Below, one piece after another: positions 10,492 through 21,760 of a stretch of DNA of 64,000 nt (position 1 is the first letter of the stretch; every line of letters starts with the position of its first letter). Both the position numbers and the translations under genes were made by a program. A model generated the notes under the pieces. It did no database searches. It worked only from the letters and a program-made list of their open reading frames with translations, and had not been told where the DNA came from. Source of the stretch: a virus (Duplodnaviria > Caudoviricetes); IMG/VR virus record IMGVR_UViG_3300000203_000003, positions 77,979-141,978 of that record, one strand, 5' to 3'.

Positions 10492-11052
10492 ATGAGCGAA
10501 TATTATGTATATGCCTACTTGAGAGATGACGGAAGTCCGTATTATATAGGCAAGGGTAAAGGAAATCGAGCCTACACTAAAAGTAAGGGCGAGATAAGTA
10601 AACCCGTTGACAAAACAAGAATCGTTATTTTAGAACAAGGATTAGCGGAAGTTGATGCCTTCACATTAGAGAAACAGATGATTGGCCAGTATGGACGTAA
10701 AGATAATAACACCGGAATACTTCGTAATAAAACGGACGGTGGTGAAGGCCCGGGCGGAATAAAACAATCACCGGAAGTTATTGCCCGACGAGTGGAGTCC
10801 TCTAGAGGAAAATCAATGGGTATGACAGGAAAGAAACATCGTCCGGAATCAAATGAAAAACGAAGGCTATCGATGCTAGGTAAAAATACCGGGACACATA
10901 CGATTGAACATTGTATTGCTAGTGGACTACCCAAACGCGGAATGAAATATAAATCACAATATAAACTCGTATGCCCGCACTGTGATAAATCAGGCGGTAG
11001 CGCAAATATGAAAAGATATCATATGGACAATTGTAAACAAATAGAAAGATAA
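10492..11052 (+). CDS. Free-standing GIY-YIG-like homing endonuclease with NUMOD3 and C-terminal CPHC Zn finger
   Basis: YYVYAYLR..PYYIGKG..R, ILRNKTDGGEG, GKKHRPES, CPHC..YHMDNC. Confidence 0.85.
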   Translation: MSEYYVYAYLRDDGSPYYIGKGKGNRAYTKSKGEISKPVDKTRIVILEQGLAEVDAFTLEKQMIGQYGRKDNNTGILRNKTDGGEGPGGIKQSPEVIARRVESSRGKSMGMTGKKHRPESNEKRRLSMLGKNTGTHTIEHCIASGLPKRGMKYKSQYKLVCPHCDKSGGSANMKRYHMDNCKQIER

Positions 11053-11061
11053 GGTTATCCC

Positions 11062-14000
11062 ATGCAGCAAAACATAGACTTCGGTACGTTCCCAGATGAT
11101 CCTGATGCGGATGCGATACGAACAGCCTTTCAGAAGGTACAGACAAACTTTGATGAGTTGTTTGACGTAACTGCAGGTGCGGCGGTTAACTCTGTTAATA
11201 GAACCCCGGGTATAGGTATACAAGTTAACTCACCTACAGGCAACGTAGTTGTCAGTGCTAACATCGCCACTATCCCGATGGACACAAGTACATTGAGATT
11301 ACGTCTGGAGAACGGTCTCCCGGGAGCTAACGGAGTTATCATTACCGGGCCCGGTAGAACAGTTTTTGTCGATCTTCCAAATAGCATCACCACCAATAAC
11401 TTCACTGCATCAGGCTGGGCGAATGTAACAGGTAATGTTATCGGTGGAAATATCAATACCATTGGACAGGTCGTTGCATCAGGTAATGTCACTGGTAGTA
11501 ACCTAAACACCACTGGCATCGCCAACGTTATCGGCAACGTCATCGGTGGAAATCTGACTACTAGCGGCAAAGTTGCTGCATCTGGTAATATTATAGGTTC
11601 AAATGTCACCGCCAATCTCGGGTTGTACGGAACCACTGCGAATGTATCCGGTAACGCAAACGTCGGCAACATCGGCTCAACTAATGGTGTATTCACTGGC
11701 AATATCACTGCTGGTAACGTGGGCGGAGCTAATCTAATAACCGCGAATTATCTACAAGGCACGTTGACTACTGCGGCGCAACCGAATGTCACTTCAGTCG
11801 GTGCACTATCTGCGCTTACTGTAACAGGTAATATAGCCGGCGGTAATGTTAATGCTGGAAATCTACTGACAGCTAACTACGTGCAAGGTACACTGACAAC
11901 AGCAGCACAACCGAACATTACGTCAACTGGTACATTAACTGGTCTAGGTGTTAATGGAACAGTCACCGCAGTAAACATCACTGCTAACACCGGAGTATTT
12001 ACTGGCAATGGTTCTGCTCTTAATAATCTCACTGGTGCTAATGTAACCGGTACTGTTGCTAATGCGACATATGCCGTCTCATCTGGTACTGCAGGATCAG
12101 CTACTACTGCAGGAACAGTCACTACTAATGCACAACCAAATATCACCTCAGTTGGCACATTATCTTCTCTGTTGATAACCGGCAATGCTAATGCAGCAAA
12201 CTTCAACGGAACATTCTACGGAGCAGGTACAGGACTCACTGCTATCCCGGGTGCTAATGTGACCGGTACTGTTGCTAATGCAACGTATGCAGTGAGCGCC
12301 GGCGGTTCAGGAACGGCCAGCACAGCAGGTACAGTCACCACAGCAGCCCAACCAAACATCACTTCTACAGGTACATTGACTGGACTGGGAGTAAATGGTA
12401 CAGTAACCGCAGTTAATATCACTGCTAACACCGGTGTATTCGCGGGTAACGGTTCAAGTTTAACTACGCTAACAGGTGCTAATGTAACAGGTACCGTTGC
12501 TAATGCGACATACGCAGTTTCATCTGGTACTGCGGGAACCGCAGGCACAGTCACTACAGCGGCACAGCCAAATATCACATCGACTGGCACGTTATCTGCA
12601 TTGACAGTAACGGGCAATATTGGGGCAGGTAATATAAATGCAGGCAACATGTTGACTGCAAACTATTCGACAGCAGTTCTAACAACCGCTGCCCAACCAA
12701 ACATTACTTCAACTGGTACATTAACTGGTCTAGGTGTTAATGGAACAGTCACCGCAGTAAACATCACTGCTAATACCGGTGTGTTCTCTGGCAACGGATC
12801 AGGACTTACCCAGCTAGCTGGCGCCAATGTAACCGGCTATGCACCTAATGCAACCCACGCTAACATCGCTGATGCTGCAAACGCAGTAGCAGGCGGAAAT
12901 GTCAGCGGTGCAGTAGGCCTTGCTACATTCGCTACAACAGCAAATGCAGTAGCCGGCGGAAATGTCAGCGGCCAAGTAAATTACGCAGCAACGGCAAATG
13001 CAGTAGCAGGTGCTAATGTCAGCGACCAAGTAAATTACGCAGCAACGGCAAACGCTGTGGCGGGTGGCAACGTCAGTGGACAAGTCGCTAATGCTCTGGT
13101 AGCAGGAACTGTTTACACTGCCGCTCAACCAAACATAACCTCAGTCGGTACTTTAACCGCAGTAACAGTATCTGGTAACGCAAACGTCGGCAACATCGGC
13201 TCAACTAATGGTGTATTCACTGGAAACATCTCGGGTGCTAATTATGTATCTGCTAACTACTTTACTGGTACGCTGACAACTAATGATCAGCCTAACATAA
13301 CCAGCACAGGTACATTGACTGCGTTAACTGTTAATGGCAATATAGGCGCCGGCAACGTCAATGCTCCTACATTCGGAGCACATAACGGCACGGTTGGAGC
13401 AACTACTGCGAACACAGGTAACTTCACAACAGTTACGGCATCTCTGACAGTTGCAGCAACTGGAAATGTATCAGGTGGAAATCTCACTACCGTCGGCGCA
13501 TTAAGTGCAACGGGCAATGCTAATGTTGGTAATCTCGGCACCGCTGGGTTAGTAGTAGCAACTGGCAACATAACTGGTGGCAATTTAGTAACTGGCGGAG
13601 CATTGAGCGTAACTGGTAATGCGAATGTAGGCAACATCGGAGCAACGAATTATGTAGGTACTGCTATCAACATAACTGCTAATGCGAACATCGGCACCAC
13701 GTTAAATGTAACAGGCAATGCTAATGTTGGTAATCTCGGTACTGCTGGTTTAGTAGTAGCAACAGGTAACATAACTGGTGGCAATTTAGTAACTGGCGGA
13801 GCATTGAGCGTAACTGGTAATGCGAATGTAGGCAACATTGGTGCCACATCAGGTGTTCTTACAGGAACGCTAAGTGTAACCAGTAACGCCAACGTTGGTA
13901 ACTTAGGTACTGCTGGACTTATCATAGCAACAGGTAACATCTCTGGTGCGAACTTAACAGGAACTCATTACGGCGCAGCAACTGGGTTGACCTCTATTCC

Positions 14001-17000
14001 AGGTGCGAATGTAACCGGTACTGTTGCTAATGCAACGTATGCAGTGTCATCTGGTACAGCAGGTACTGCTGGAACCGTGTCTACGAACGCACAACCGAAT
14101 ATCACATCAGTTGGTACATTAAGTTCATTGGCAGTAACCGGCAATGTAAATGCAGCAAACTTCAACGGAACCTTCTACGGAGCAGGCACAGGTCTTACTG
14201 CTATCCCGGGAGCAAATGTAACAGGTACTGTTGCTAATGCAACTTATGCAGTATCAGCAGGTAGTGCTGCTACAGCAGGCAGCGCCGGCTCTGCAACAAC
14301 CGCCGGCTCTGCAACAACCGCCGGTACAGTTACTACTAATGCTCAACCGAACATCACCTCAGTAGGCACTCTTTCCTCGCTTGCTGTAACTGCAACCATT
14401 AACACTTCTAACTTGTTAATAACTGGAACGGGCGGCGCTGGATTCATAACTATCCCCGGTCAATCACTCAATCCGCCTAATCCGACTGCTGGTAACTTGC
14501 TGATCCATGCTAGAACGATTAATGGATTCACACGAATTGAACAAGATAATGAAGCTCCGACTAATTTAGTATACGGACGAGACACCGCTATCATCTGTCG
14601 CAATGACACCGGCGCGACTATCAACAAGGGTCAAGCAGTCTATACAAGCGGAACAGTGTCTAACTCACCGCAGATTGCGAAAGCATTAGCATCAGGAGTC
14701 GCAACAATGCCTGCGATTGGTGTTGCTATGGACGATATTCTTACTGGTAACTTCGGTCAAGTAATGGTATCTGGTATCTTGGTATTCGATACATCAGCAT
14801 ATGCACCGAGCGCCCAAGTATGGGTGTCACCTACAACAGCAGGAGCTTTCACCGCAACTCGTCCTTCAGGATCAAATGTTGTCCAACGCATGGGAACTAT
14901 AATGGTTCAAGGCGGACCTGGTGTCGGACAGATGTTAGTTCTCACAGCACCTGCACTCCTGAACATGGAAACAGGAACAGCCGCAGCTACTTGGACTGCG
15001 AACTCGGCCATCGCTAACTACTTTAGTGGCAATGGGGCAAATCTGACAGCATTGACAGGTGCTAATGTAACAGGTACAGTTGCTAATGCAACCTACGCAC
15101 TGACTTCAGGCACGGCAGGTACTGTCACAACAGCAGCACAACCAAACGTAACTTCAGTTGGTACGTTGTCTGTTCTGGCAGTAACAGGTAATATCTCGGG
15201 CGCGAACTTAACAGGAACTCATTACGGAGCAGCAACTGGATTGACCGCAATTCCAGGAGCAAATGTAACAGGAACAGTTGCGAATGCCACATACGCTATT
15301 TCAGCTGGATCATCAGGTACCGCTGGTACGGTAACCACTAATGCACAGCCGAATATCACTTCACTCGGATCACTTACTGGATTGATCGTCAACGGTAATA
15401 TCAATGCAGGTAATACAGCGGCAGGCAACATTGTCTCGGCAAACTACGTGCAAGGAACATTAACAACTGCTGCCCAACCTAACATCACATCAGTGGGGTT
15501 GTTGACCGGGTTGAACGTAAATGATGGTATCACGGCCGCAAATATCACTGCGAATACCGGCGTATTCACTGGTAACGGATCAAGTCTTACGGCACTTACA
15601 GGGGCGAATGTAACCGGCACAGTTGCTAATGCAACATATGCAGTAAGTGCAGGTTCTGCTACGACAGCAGGAACCGTCACAACTGCTGCTCAACCGAATA
15701 TTACATCAGTTGGCTCGCTAGGTGCGTTAACTATTACTGGCAATCTATCATCAGGAAACGCTAATCTAGGCAATCTTGCTAAGGCAAACTTCTTCCAAGG
15801 TGACGGGTATCTAATCAGCAATCTCACGGTATCAGTCGGTAATGTTATTGTCAATGGTAACAGCAATGTTAGTATTGATCTTAACGGCAATGTGCTTATT
15901 TCGTCAGGAGGCAATGCGAACATCTTTGTGGTAACAGATACTGGCGCAAATGTAAATGGTTATCTTAAAGTGTCAGGCAATGTTGCTGCTGCTCGTTTTA
16001 CAGGATTATTAGCAGGTGCATTAACAATCGCTGCACAACCTAACGTAACAACACTGGGCACTATGACAGCATTGAATGTGTCCGGTGTATCTAACCTAAG
16101 TGTAGTCAGCAATGTTCGTATCTTCGGTGGTAGTCTAAACTATTATATGACCACTGATGGTAACGGTAATCTTTCATGGACATCAGGTGCGTTCAGCCCG
16201 TGTGGCGGAACGAATACCCAAGTTCAGTTCAACGACAACGGAAACTTCGGTGGCAGCGCAAATCTTACCTTCAATGGTAATCTGTTGACTATTATTGGTA
16301 ACGTTCAGTCGACAAACGTGTTAGGTGGAAATGTTGTCTCGGCAAACTTCTTCACCGGCACAATAACTACAAACGCGCAACCTAATATTACATCAGTGGG
16401 AACATTAACTGCGCTGATTGTAAACGGTAACATCAATGCGGGCAACACTGCAGGTGGCAATCTTGTATCCGCTAACTATATTCAAGGTACATTAATTACA
16501 GCAGCGCAACCTAATATTACATCAGTGGGCTCATTAAGTTCATTGAATGTAACCGGCAACGCAAATGCAGCAAACTTTAACGGAGCCCATTACGGAGCAG
16601 CAACTGGGCTGACAGCAATTCCGGGAGCAAATGTAACCGGTACCGTTGCTAATGCAACTTATGCAGTGTCATCTGGCAGTGCAACAACTGCAGGAACTGT
16701 CACAACTGCTGCTCAACCGAACATCACATCAGTCGGAACACTTACTTCACTTATTGTAACAGGTAATATTCAGGGATCTAACGTAGTTGCTGCTAACTAT
16801 GTAGGTGGTACCATGACTACCGCTGCACAACCCAATATTACTTCTGTTGGCACTCTATCTGCGCTTGCTGTGACAGGCAACATATCATCTGGTAATGCTA
16901 ACCTAGGTAATCTGGCATCAGCGAACTTCATCACAGGTACGCTTACTACGCCGGCGCAGGGTAACATTACATCATTAGGAACACTGGGATTATTATTCGT

Positions 17001-20000
17001 TACTGGTAATATTCAAGCAGAAAGATTAATTGCTAACAACACACTGAACGTAACTGGTAATGCTAATGTCGGTAATCTGGGAACTGCCGGACTACTTGTA
17101 GCAACAGGCAACGTCTCCGGTGGAAATCTTACAACTGCTGGAATGTTAACAGTTACTGGTAACGCAAACGTAGGCAACATAGGTTCTAATATATTTACCG
17201 GTAACTCATTGACTATATCAGGTAACGCAAACGTTGCTAACCTAGGAGCATCGGGTCTTATCATATCCACAGGCAATGTGTCCGGTGGCAACATAACGAC
17301 AGCCGGCAATGTAGTAGCCACTGCGAACATAACAGGTGGCAATCTAATAACAGGCGGAGTTCTATCGGTCACCGGCAACGCAAATGTTGGAAACATAGGC
17401 ACCCTAGGGTTGATCGTGGCCACAGGCAATATCAGCGCCGGCAACTTTATAACATCCGGCTCTATGTCAGTCACCGGAAATGCCAACGTTGGTAATCTAG
17501 GAACAGTTGGATTGGTAGTCGGCACCGGCAACATTACATCGAACGCAAACGTCATAACAAATAGTATTCTTGGCAGAACATCAGGTGTTACTATCACCGC
17601 AGTTGGTTCAGATCAAAATATATCTCTGGTGCCAACTGGCAACGGCACAGTTGATGTGGGTGGAAAACGCATATCATCATTGAATGACCCGTTTAATGCG
17701 ACTGACGCGGCGACCAAAGCATATGTTGATGCAACTACTTCATCATTGAAGGTTCTGGCGTCTGTTGTTGCTGCAACCACTGTAACTCTTACTGCGACCT
17801 ATAACAACGGTGCCAGTGGATTTGGTGCTACTCTTACTGCAACAACAAACGTAGTTCTGCCGACAATAGACGGATACACTGGGTTAGTTGTTACTAATCG
17901 TGTACTTGTTAAAAATCAAGCGGATCCTATTCAAAACGGTATATATGTTGTCTCAAGTCTCGGTGTAGTAGGAGTTTCTCCTTGGATACTAACCAGAGCG
18001 ACAGACTTTGATGGTGTGCCACCCAGCGAAATAACTTCAGGTGCATTCACGTTCATTACATACGGGGTACAAGGGTCAACTGGTTGGGTAGAATCTGCTA
18101 CTGGCGGTGGTCCTGGTGGCGCGATCAGACCGGGTATAGATGCTATTTCATTCACACAGTTCTCTGGTGCAGGTACATATGCAGCAGGTACTGGATTACA
18201 ACTTGACGGAACGATATTCAGCATCAGCAGCACAACAGTAACGGCAGCTTCATACGGAGGTTCTACCGCAATACCATCATTCACTGTTAATCAGCAAGGT
18301 CAACTCACTGCTGCATCAACTTCTGCGGTGATAGCTCCGGCAGGAACGTTATCCGGTGCCACACTGAACGCAACGGTAGTAACATCAAGTCTGACAAGCG
18401 TAGGAACACTCGGTAATCTAACTGTATCCGGTAATATAGGTGCAGGCAACGTAAATGCTCCGACATTCGGTCCGCATAATGGTGCAGTAGGAACGCTTAC
18501 TGCTAATACAGGTAACTTCACATCTGTTACTGCATCGCTGACAGTTGCCGCAACCGGTAATGTATCGGGCGCAAATCTTACAACTACTGGTGTATTGTCA
18601 GTAACAGGCAATGCGAACGTTGGTAACATCGGCGCACTGAATGTAATCGGCACTACAGGTAACTTCACAACAGTTAATACTGGAACGCTGAACGCCAGCA
18701 CAGTAGTAAATGTCACAGCGACTACGGAATCTACCAGCTTAATAACAGGTTCTATTAAGACAGCAGGTGGTATGGCAATTGCCGGTAACGTAGTCATCGG
18801 AAACGAATTATATGTCGGCACCGGCGCAGCAGCAACAACATTCACTAATCCTGTTATAATCGCCAGCGATACTGGTTCAGATTTTATTCAGTTAGCATTG
18901 GTAAACACAGCCGATACTGGATCAGCAGACGTATTAGTATACGGTGATAATGGTACAAACGATCAGGGTTGGAGCGATCTGGGCTTCACTGGTAGCAACT
19001 TCACTGACCCTTTATACACGATAACAGGAACAAACGACGGATATGTATTTGCTCAAGGCGATACAGCGAATGTAAAGGGCGGCAATTTAGTCTTTGCAAC
19101 AGGACAGTTCGGCTCTACGAAAGACTTGATCTGGGCAACAGGTGGATTCTTGGTTGCTAACGAGAAGATGCGCTTCATTCATGCAACCGGTCAGTTCTAT
19201 GTTAAAACATCAACCGTGTCAACAAGCACTTCGACCGGTGCATTGCGTGTTGCAGGCGGCGTTGGTATCGGTGGAAATGCTTATATAGGTGGAAATGCAA
19301 ATGTCACAGGAAACATAAGTGCAGGTAACGTAAGTGCAACTACATTCACTGGCGCATTATCCGGCGCAGCAACCACAGCAGGTACTGTCACCACAGCAGC
19401 ACAACCGAATATTACATCAGTTGGCACATTATCTTCTCTGTTGATAACCGGCAATGCTAATGCAGCAAACTTCAACGGAACGTTCTACGGAGCAGCAACT
19501 GGTCTGACCGCTATAGTGGGCGCGAATGTCACTGGTACTGTTGCTAATGCAACTTACGCGATTTCAGCAGGCAGTGCTACTACCGCAGGCACAGTAACAA
19601 CAAATGCTCAACCTAACATTACAAGCACAGGTACATTGACTACATTGACCGTTACGGGTAATATCGGTGCAGGTAACGTTAACTCTAACTTCTTTGGTTC
19701 AGGTACCGGTCTTACTTCAGTAGCCGGAGCGAATGTAACCGGTACAGTTGCCAATGCAACATACGCAGTCAGTGCAGGATCAGCTACTACAGCGGGTTCA
19801 GCTACTACAGCGGGTTCAGCTACTACAGCGGGCTCAGCTACTACAGCGGGCACAGTCACAACTGCTGCTCAACCTAACATTACAAGCACCGGCACTCTTG
19901 CTGCGCTTATCGTAACAGGTAATGTCACAGTTGGTAATCTTGTCACAGCGGGTTCTGGAGGCAACATAACCGGTGCTAATGTAATAACTTCGACAACAAT

Positions 20001-21759
20001 GTCGGCAACGACAATATCTGCAACAGGTAATCTATCAGGTGCTAACGTAACAGGAACGCATTATGGCGCGGCAACTGGTTTAACTTCTATTCCTGGTGGA
20101 AACGTAACCGGAGTAGTTGCAAATGCAACCTATGCAGTAACAGCAGGAACTGCAAATGCAGTAGCAGGTGCTAATGTCAGCGGTGTAGTTGCAAATGCAA
20201 CCTATGCAGTAACAGCAGGAACTGCAAATGCAGTAGCAGGTGCTAATGTCTCGGGACAAGTAGCAAATGCTAACGTAACATTCTACACCAGTATATCTTC
20301 TGTTTCAGCAGGCACACTTTACCCTCAGTTTGTAAATGCTACCTCAGGCAATCTTGCTACTCTTGCAAACTCTGTTTATGTTGCTAACGCTGCTAACGGA
20401 TCTTTTGCTGCAACTACTTTCGTCGGTGCTTTAAGTGGACTTGCTTCAAGCGCAACAATAGCAGCAAGCGCGAACGCAGTGGCCGGAGCTAATGTATCCG
20501 GTGCGGTAGCATTTGCAACAACAGCAAACGCAGTGGCCGGAGCTAATGTATCCGGTGCAGTAGCATTTGCAACAACAGCAAACGCAGTGGCCGGAGCTAA
20601 TGTATCCGGTGCAGTAGGACTTGCAACATACGCAACTACAGCAAATGCAATAGCCGGGGCAAATGTCAGCGGTGCAGTAGGACTTGCAACATACGCAACT
20701 ACAGCAAACGCAGTAGCAGGTGGCAACGTCAGTGGACAAGTCGCTAATGCTCTGGTAGCAGGAACTGTTTACACTGCCGCTCAACCAAACATCACATCAG
20801 TTGGTACATTGGCTTCATTGTTAATAACAGGCAACGCAAATGCTGCAAATTTCAACGGTACATACTATGGAGCGGCAACTGGATTGACAGCAATACCCGG
20901 TGCGAATGTCTCGGGTACTGTTGCAAATGCAACATACGCCGTAAGTGCAGGCAGTGCAGGAACAGCAACAACAGCAGGTACTGTAACTACAGCCGCGCAA
21001 GCCAATATCACCTCAGTGGGTACTCTGACAACATTAGGAGTTAATGGTACGGTAACGGCAGTTGCGTTTACTGCTAACACCGGAGTATTTTCAGGTAATG
21101 GATCCAGTCTTACATCACTTACGGGCGCTAATGTTACGGGTGCAGTCTCATTCGCAACTACGGCAAATGCTGTAGCAGGTGGAAATGTCAGCGGAACAGT
21201 TGCTAATGCAACATACGCAGTGTCGGCAGGTAGTGCAGGTAGTGCAACGACGGCAGGGTCAACAACTACAGTGACAACAGGCGGATCAGTAACTACAACA
21301 ACGATTACAACTGGCGCAACAGCAACAGCAGGTACTATTATTGGTAACTGGTCATTGGGAGCAGGTTCTAAACTGAATGCAACTTATGCTGACTTGGCTG
21401 AATACTATGCAGCGTCACACCAGATTGAAGCTGGTACTGTTGTGGAATTAGGCGGTGATCACGAAGTTCAAGTATGTAATTCACTGATGAGTACATTGGT
21501 TGCAGGTATAGTTACAACCGATCCAGCATATCTGATGAACGCCGGAATGGATTGTCTATTCCCTGTTGCGATAGCCTTGCAAGGACGCGTTCCGGCGAAG
21601 GTAATAGGCCCTGTCAAACGAGGTGACATGATGGTCAGCGCTGGTAACGGTCTCGCCATGGCATGTGCTTCACCTGCTATGGGAACAGTGTTGGGCAAAG
21701 CATTAACAGACTTCACTGGTGTTTCAGGCGTGATAGAAATCATGGTCGGAAGAACTTAA
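11062..21759 (+). CDS. Giant repetitive tail fibre/adhesin (3565 aa)
   Basis: N-term D.G..PDD..AD.IR.AF.K...NF.EL virion-anchor pattern; dozens of TTAAQPNITSVGTL and GANVTGTVANATYA repeats; DAATKAYVD neck; C-terminal ADLAEYY..ALQGRVPAKV chaperone-like domain. Confidence 0.85.
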   Translation: MQQNIDFGTFPDDPDADAIRTAFQKVQTNFDELFDVTAGAAVNSVNRTPGIGIQVNSPTGNVVVSANIATIPMDTSTLRLRLENGLPGANGVIITGPGRTVFVDLPNSITTNNFTASGWANVTGNVIGGNINTIGQVVASGNVTGSNLNTTGIANVIGNVIGGNLTTSGKVAASGNIIGSNVTANLGLYGTTANVSGNANVGNIGSTNGVFTGNITAGNVGGANLITANYLQGTLTTAAQPNVTSVGALSALTVTGNIAGGNVNAGNLLTANYVQGTLTTAAQPNITSTGTLTGLGVNGTVTAVNITANTGVFTGNGSALNNLTGANVTGTVANATYAVSSGTAGSATTAGTVTTNAQPNITSVGTLSSLLITGNANAANFNGTFYGAGTGLTAIPGANVTGTVANATYAVSAGGSGTASTAGTVTTAAQPNITSTGTLTGLGVNGTVTAVNITANTGVFAGNGSSLTTLTGANVTGTVANATYAVSSGTAGTAGTVTTAAQPNITSTGTLSALTVTGNIGAGNINAGNMLTANYSTAVLTTAAQPNITSTGTLTGLGVNGTVTAVNITANTGVFSGNGSGLTQLAGANVTGYAPNATHANIADAANAVAGGNVSGAVGLATFATTANAVAGGNVSGQVNYAATANAVAGANVSDQVNYAATANAVAGGNVSGQVANALVAGTVYTAAQPNITSVGTLTAVTVSGNANVGNIGSTNGVFTGNISGANYVSANYFTGTLTTNDQPNITSTGTLTALTVNGNIGAGNVNAPTFGAHNGTVGATTANTGNFTTVTASLTVAATGNVSGGNLTTVGALSATGNANVGNLGTAGLVVATGNITGGNLVTGGALSVTGNANVGNIGATNYVGTAINITANANIGTTLNVTGNANVGNLGTAGLVVATGNITGGNLVTGGALSVTGNANVGNIGATSGVLTGTLSVTSNANVGNLGTAGLIIATGNISGANLTGTHYGAATGLTSIPGANVTGTVANATYAVSSGTAGTAGTVSTNAQPNITSVGTLSSLAVTGNVNAANFNGTFYGAGTGLTAIPGANVTGTVANATYAVSAGSAATAGSAGSATTAGSATTAGTVTTNAQPNITSVGTLSSLAVTATINTSNLLITGTGGAGFITIPGQSLNPPNPTAGNLLIHARTINGFTRIEQDNEAPTNLVYGRDTAIICRNDTGATINKGQAVYTSGTVSNSPQIAKALASGVATMPAIGVAMDDILTGNFGQVMVSGILVFDTSAYAPSAQVWVSPTTAGAFTATRPSGSNVVQRMGTIMVQGGPGVGQMLVLTAPALLNMETGTAAATWTANSAIANYFSGNGANLTALTGANVTGTVANATYALTSGTAGTVTTAAQPNVTSVGTLSVLAVTGNISGANLTGTHYGAATGLTAIPGANVTGTVANATYAISAGSSGTAGTVTTNAQPNITSLGSLTGLIVNGNINAGNTAAGNIVSANYVQGTLTTAAQPNITSVGLLTGLNVNDGITAANITANTGVFTGNGSSLTALTGANVTGTVANATYAVSAGSATTAGTVTTAAQPNITSVGSLGALTITGNLSSGNANLGNLAKANFFQGDGYLISNLTVSVGNVIVNGNSNVSIDLNGNVLISSGGNANIFVVTDTGANVNGYLKVSGNVAAARFTGLLAGALTIAAQPNVTTLGTMTALNVSGVSNLSVVSNVRIFGGSLNYYMTTDGNGNLSWTSGAFSPCGGTNTQVQFNDNGNFGGSANLTFNGNLLTIIGNVQSTNVLGGNVVSANFFTGTITTNAQPNITSVGTLTALIVNGNINAGNTAGGNLVSANYIQGTLITAAQPNITSVGSLSSLNVTGNANAANFNGAHYGAATGLTAIPGANVTGTVANATYAVSSGSATTAGTVTTAAQPNITSVGTLTSLIVTGNIQGSNVVAANYVGGTMTTAAQPNITSVGTLSALAVTGNISSGNANLGNLASANFITGTLTTPAQGNITSLGTLGLLFVTGNIQAERLIANNTLNVTGNANVGNLGTAGLLVATGNVSGGNLTTAGMLTVTGNANVGNIGSNIFTGNSLTISGNANVANLGASGLIISTGNVSGGNITTAGNVVATANITGGNLITGGVLSVTGNANVGNIGTLGLIVATGNISAGNFITSGSMSVTGNANVGNLGTVGLVVGTGNITSNANVITNSILGRTSGVTITAVGSDQNISLVPTGNGTVDVGGKRISSLNDPFNATDAATKAYVDATTSSLKVLASVVAATTVTLTATYNNGASGFGATLTATTNVVLPTIDGYTGLVVTNRVLVKNQADPIQNGIYVVSSLGVVGVSPWILTRATDFDGVPPSEITSGAFTFITYGVQGSTGWVESATGGGPGGAIRPGIDAISFTQFSGAGTYAAGTGLQLDGTIFSISSTTVTAASYGGSTAIPSFTVNQQGQLTAASTSAVIAPAGTLSGATLNATVVTSSLTSVGTLGNLTVSGNIGAGNVNAPTFGPHNGAVGTLTANTGNFTSVTASLTVAATGNVSGANLTTTGVLSVTGNANVGNIGALNVIGTTGNFTTVNTGTLNASTVVNVTATTESTSLITGSIKTAGGMAIAGNVVIGNELYVGTGAAATTFTNPVIIASDTGSDFIQLALVNTADTGSADVLVYGDNGTNDQGWSDLGFTGSNFTDPLYTITGTNDGYVFAQGDTANVKGGNLVFATGQFGSTKDLIWATGGFLVANEKMRFIHATGQFYVKTSTVSTSTSTGALRVAGGVGIGGNAYIGGNANVTGNISAGNVSATTFTGALSGAATTAGTVTTAAQPNITSVGTLSSLLITGNANAANFNGTFYGAATGLTAIVGANVTGTVANATYAISAGSATTAGTVTTNAQPNITSTGTLTTLTVTGNIGAGNVNSNFFGSGTGLTSVAGANVTGTVANATYAVSAGSATTAGSATTAGSATTAGSATTAGTVTTAAQPNITSTGTLAALIVTGNVTVGNLVTAGSGGNITGANVITSTTMSATTISATGNLSGANVTGTHYGAATGLTSIPGGNVTGVVANATYAVTAGTANAVAGANVSGVVANATYAVTAGTANAVAGANVSGQVANANVTFYTSISSVSAGTLYPQFVNATSGNLATLANSVYVANAANGSFAATTFVGALSGLASSATIAASANAVAGANVSGAVAFATTANAVAGANVSGAVAFATTANAVAGANVSGAVGLATYATTANAIAGANVSGAVGLATYATTANAVAGGNVSGQVANALVAGTVYTAAQPNITSVGTLASLLITGNANAANFNGTYYGAATGLTAIPGANVSGTVANATYAVSAGSAGTATTAGTVTTAAQANITSVGTLTTLGVNGTVTAVAFTANTGVFSGNGSSLTSLTGANVTGAVSFATTANAVAGGNVSGTVANATYAVSAGSAGSATTAGSTTTVTTGGSVTTTTITTGATATAGTIIGNWSLGAGSKLNATYADLAEYYAASHQIEAGTVVELGGDHEVQVCNSLMSTLVAGIVTTDPAYLMNAGMDCLFPVAIALQGRVPAKVIGPVKRGDMMVSAGNGLAMACASPAMGTVLGKALTDFTGVSGVIEIMVGRT
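19774..19851 (+). repeat. 18-bp coding tandem repeat (AGSATT) x4
   Basis: TCAGCTACTACAGCGGG(T/C) repeated. Confidence 0.85.
20470..20730 (+). repeat. 54/63-bp coding tandem repeats (ANAVAGANVSGAV..)
   Basis: AACGCAGTGGCCGGAGCTAATGTATCCGGTGC x3, then 63-bp variants. Confidence 0.8.
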
Positions 21760-21760
21760 C

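Noticed and set aside
11130-21743. Many minus-strand ORFs inside the fibre gene, and similar shadow ORFs across the window
   Set aside because: Antisense shadows of biased codon usage; no SD, promoter or domain motifs.
20720-21759. Diversity-generating retroelement acting on the fibre tip
   Set aside because: No reverse transcriptase and no adenine-specific template/variable repeat pair seen; the repeats are ordinary coding duplications.
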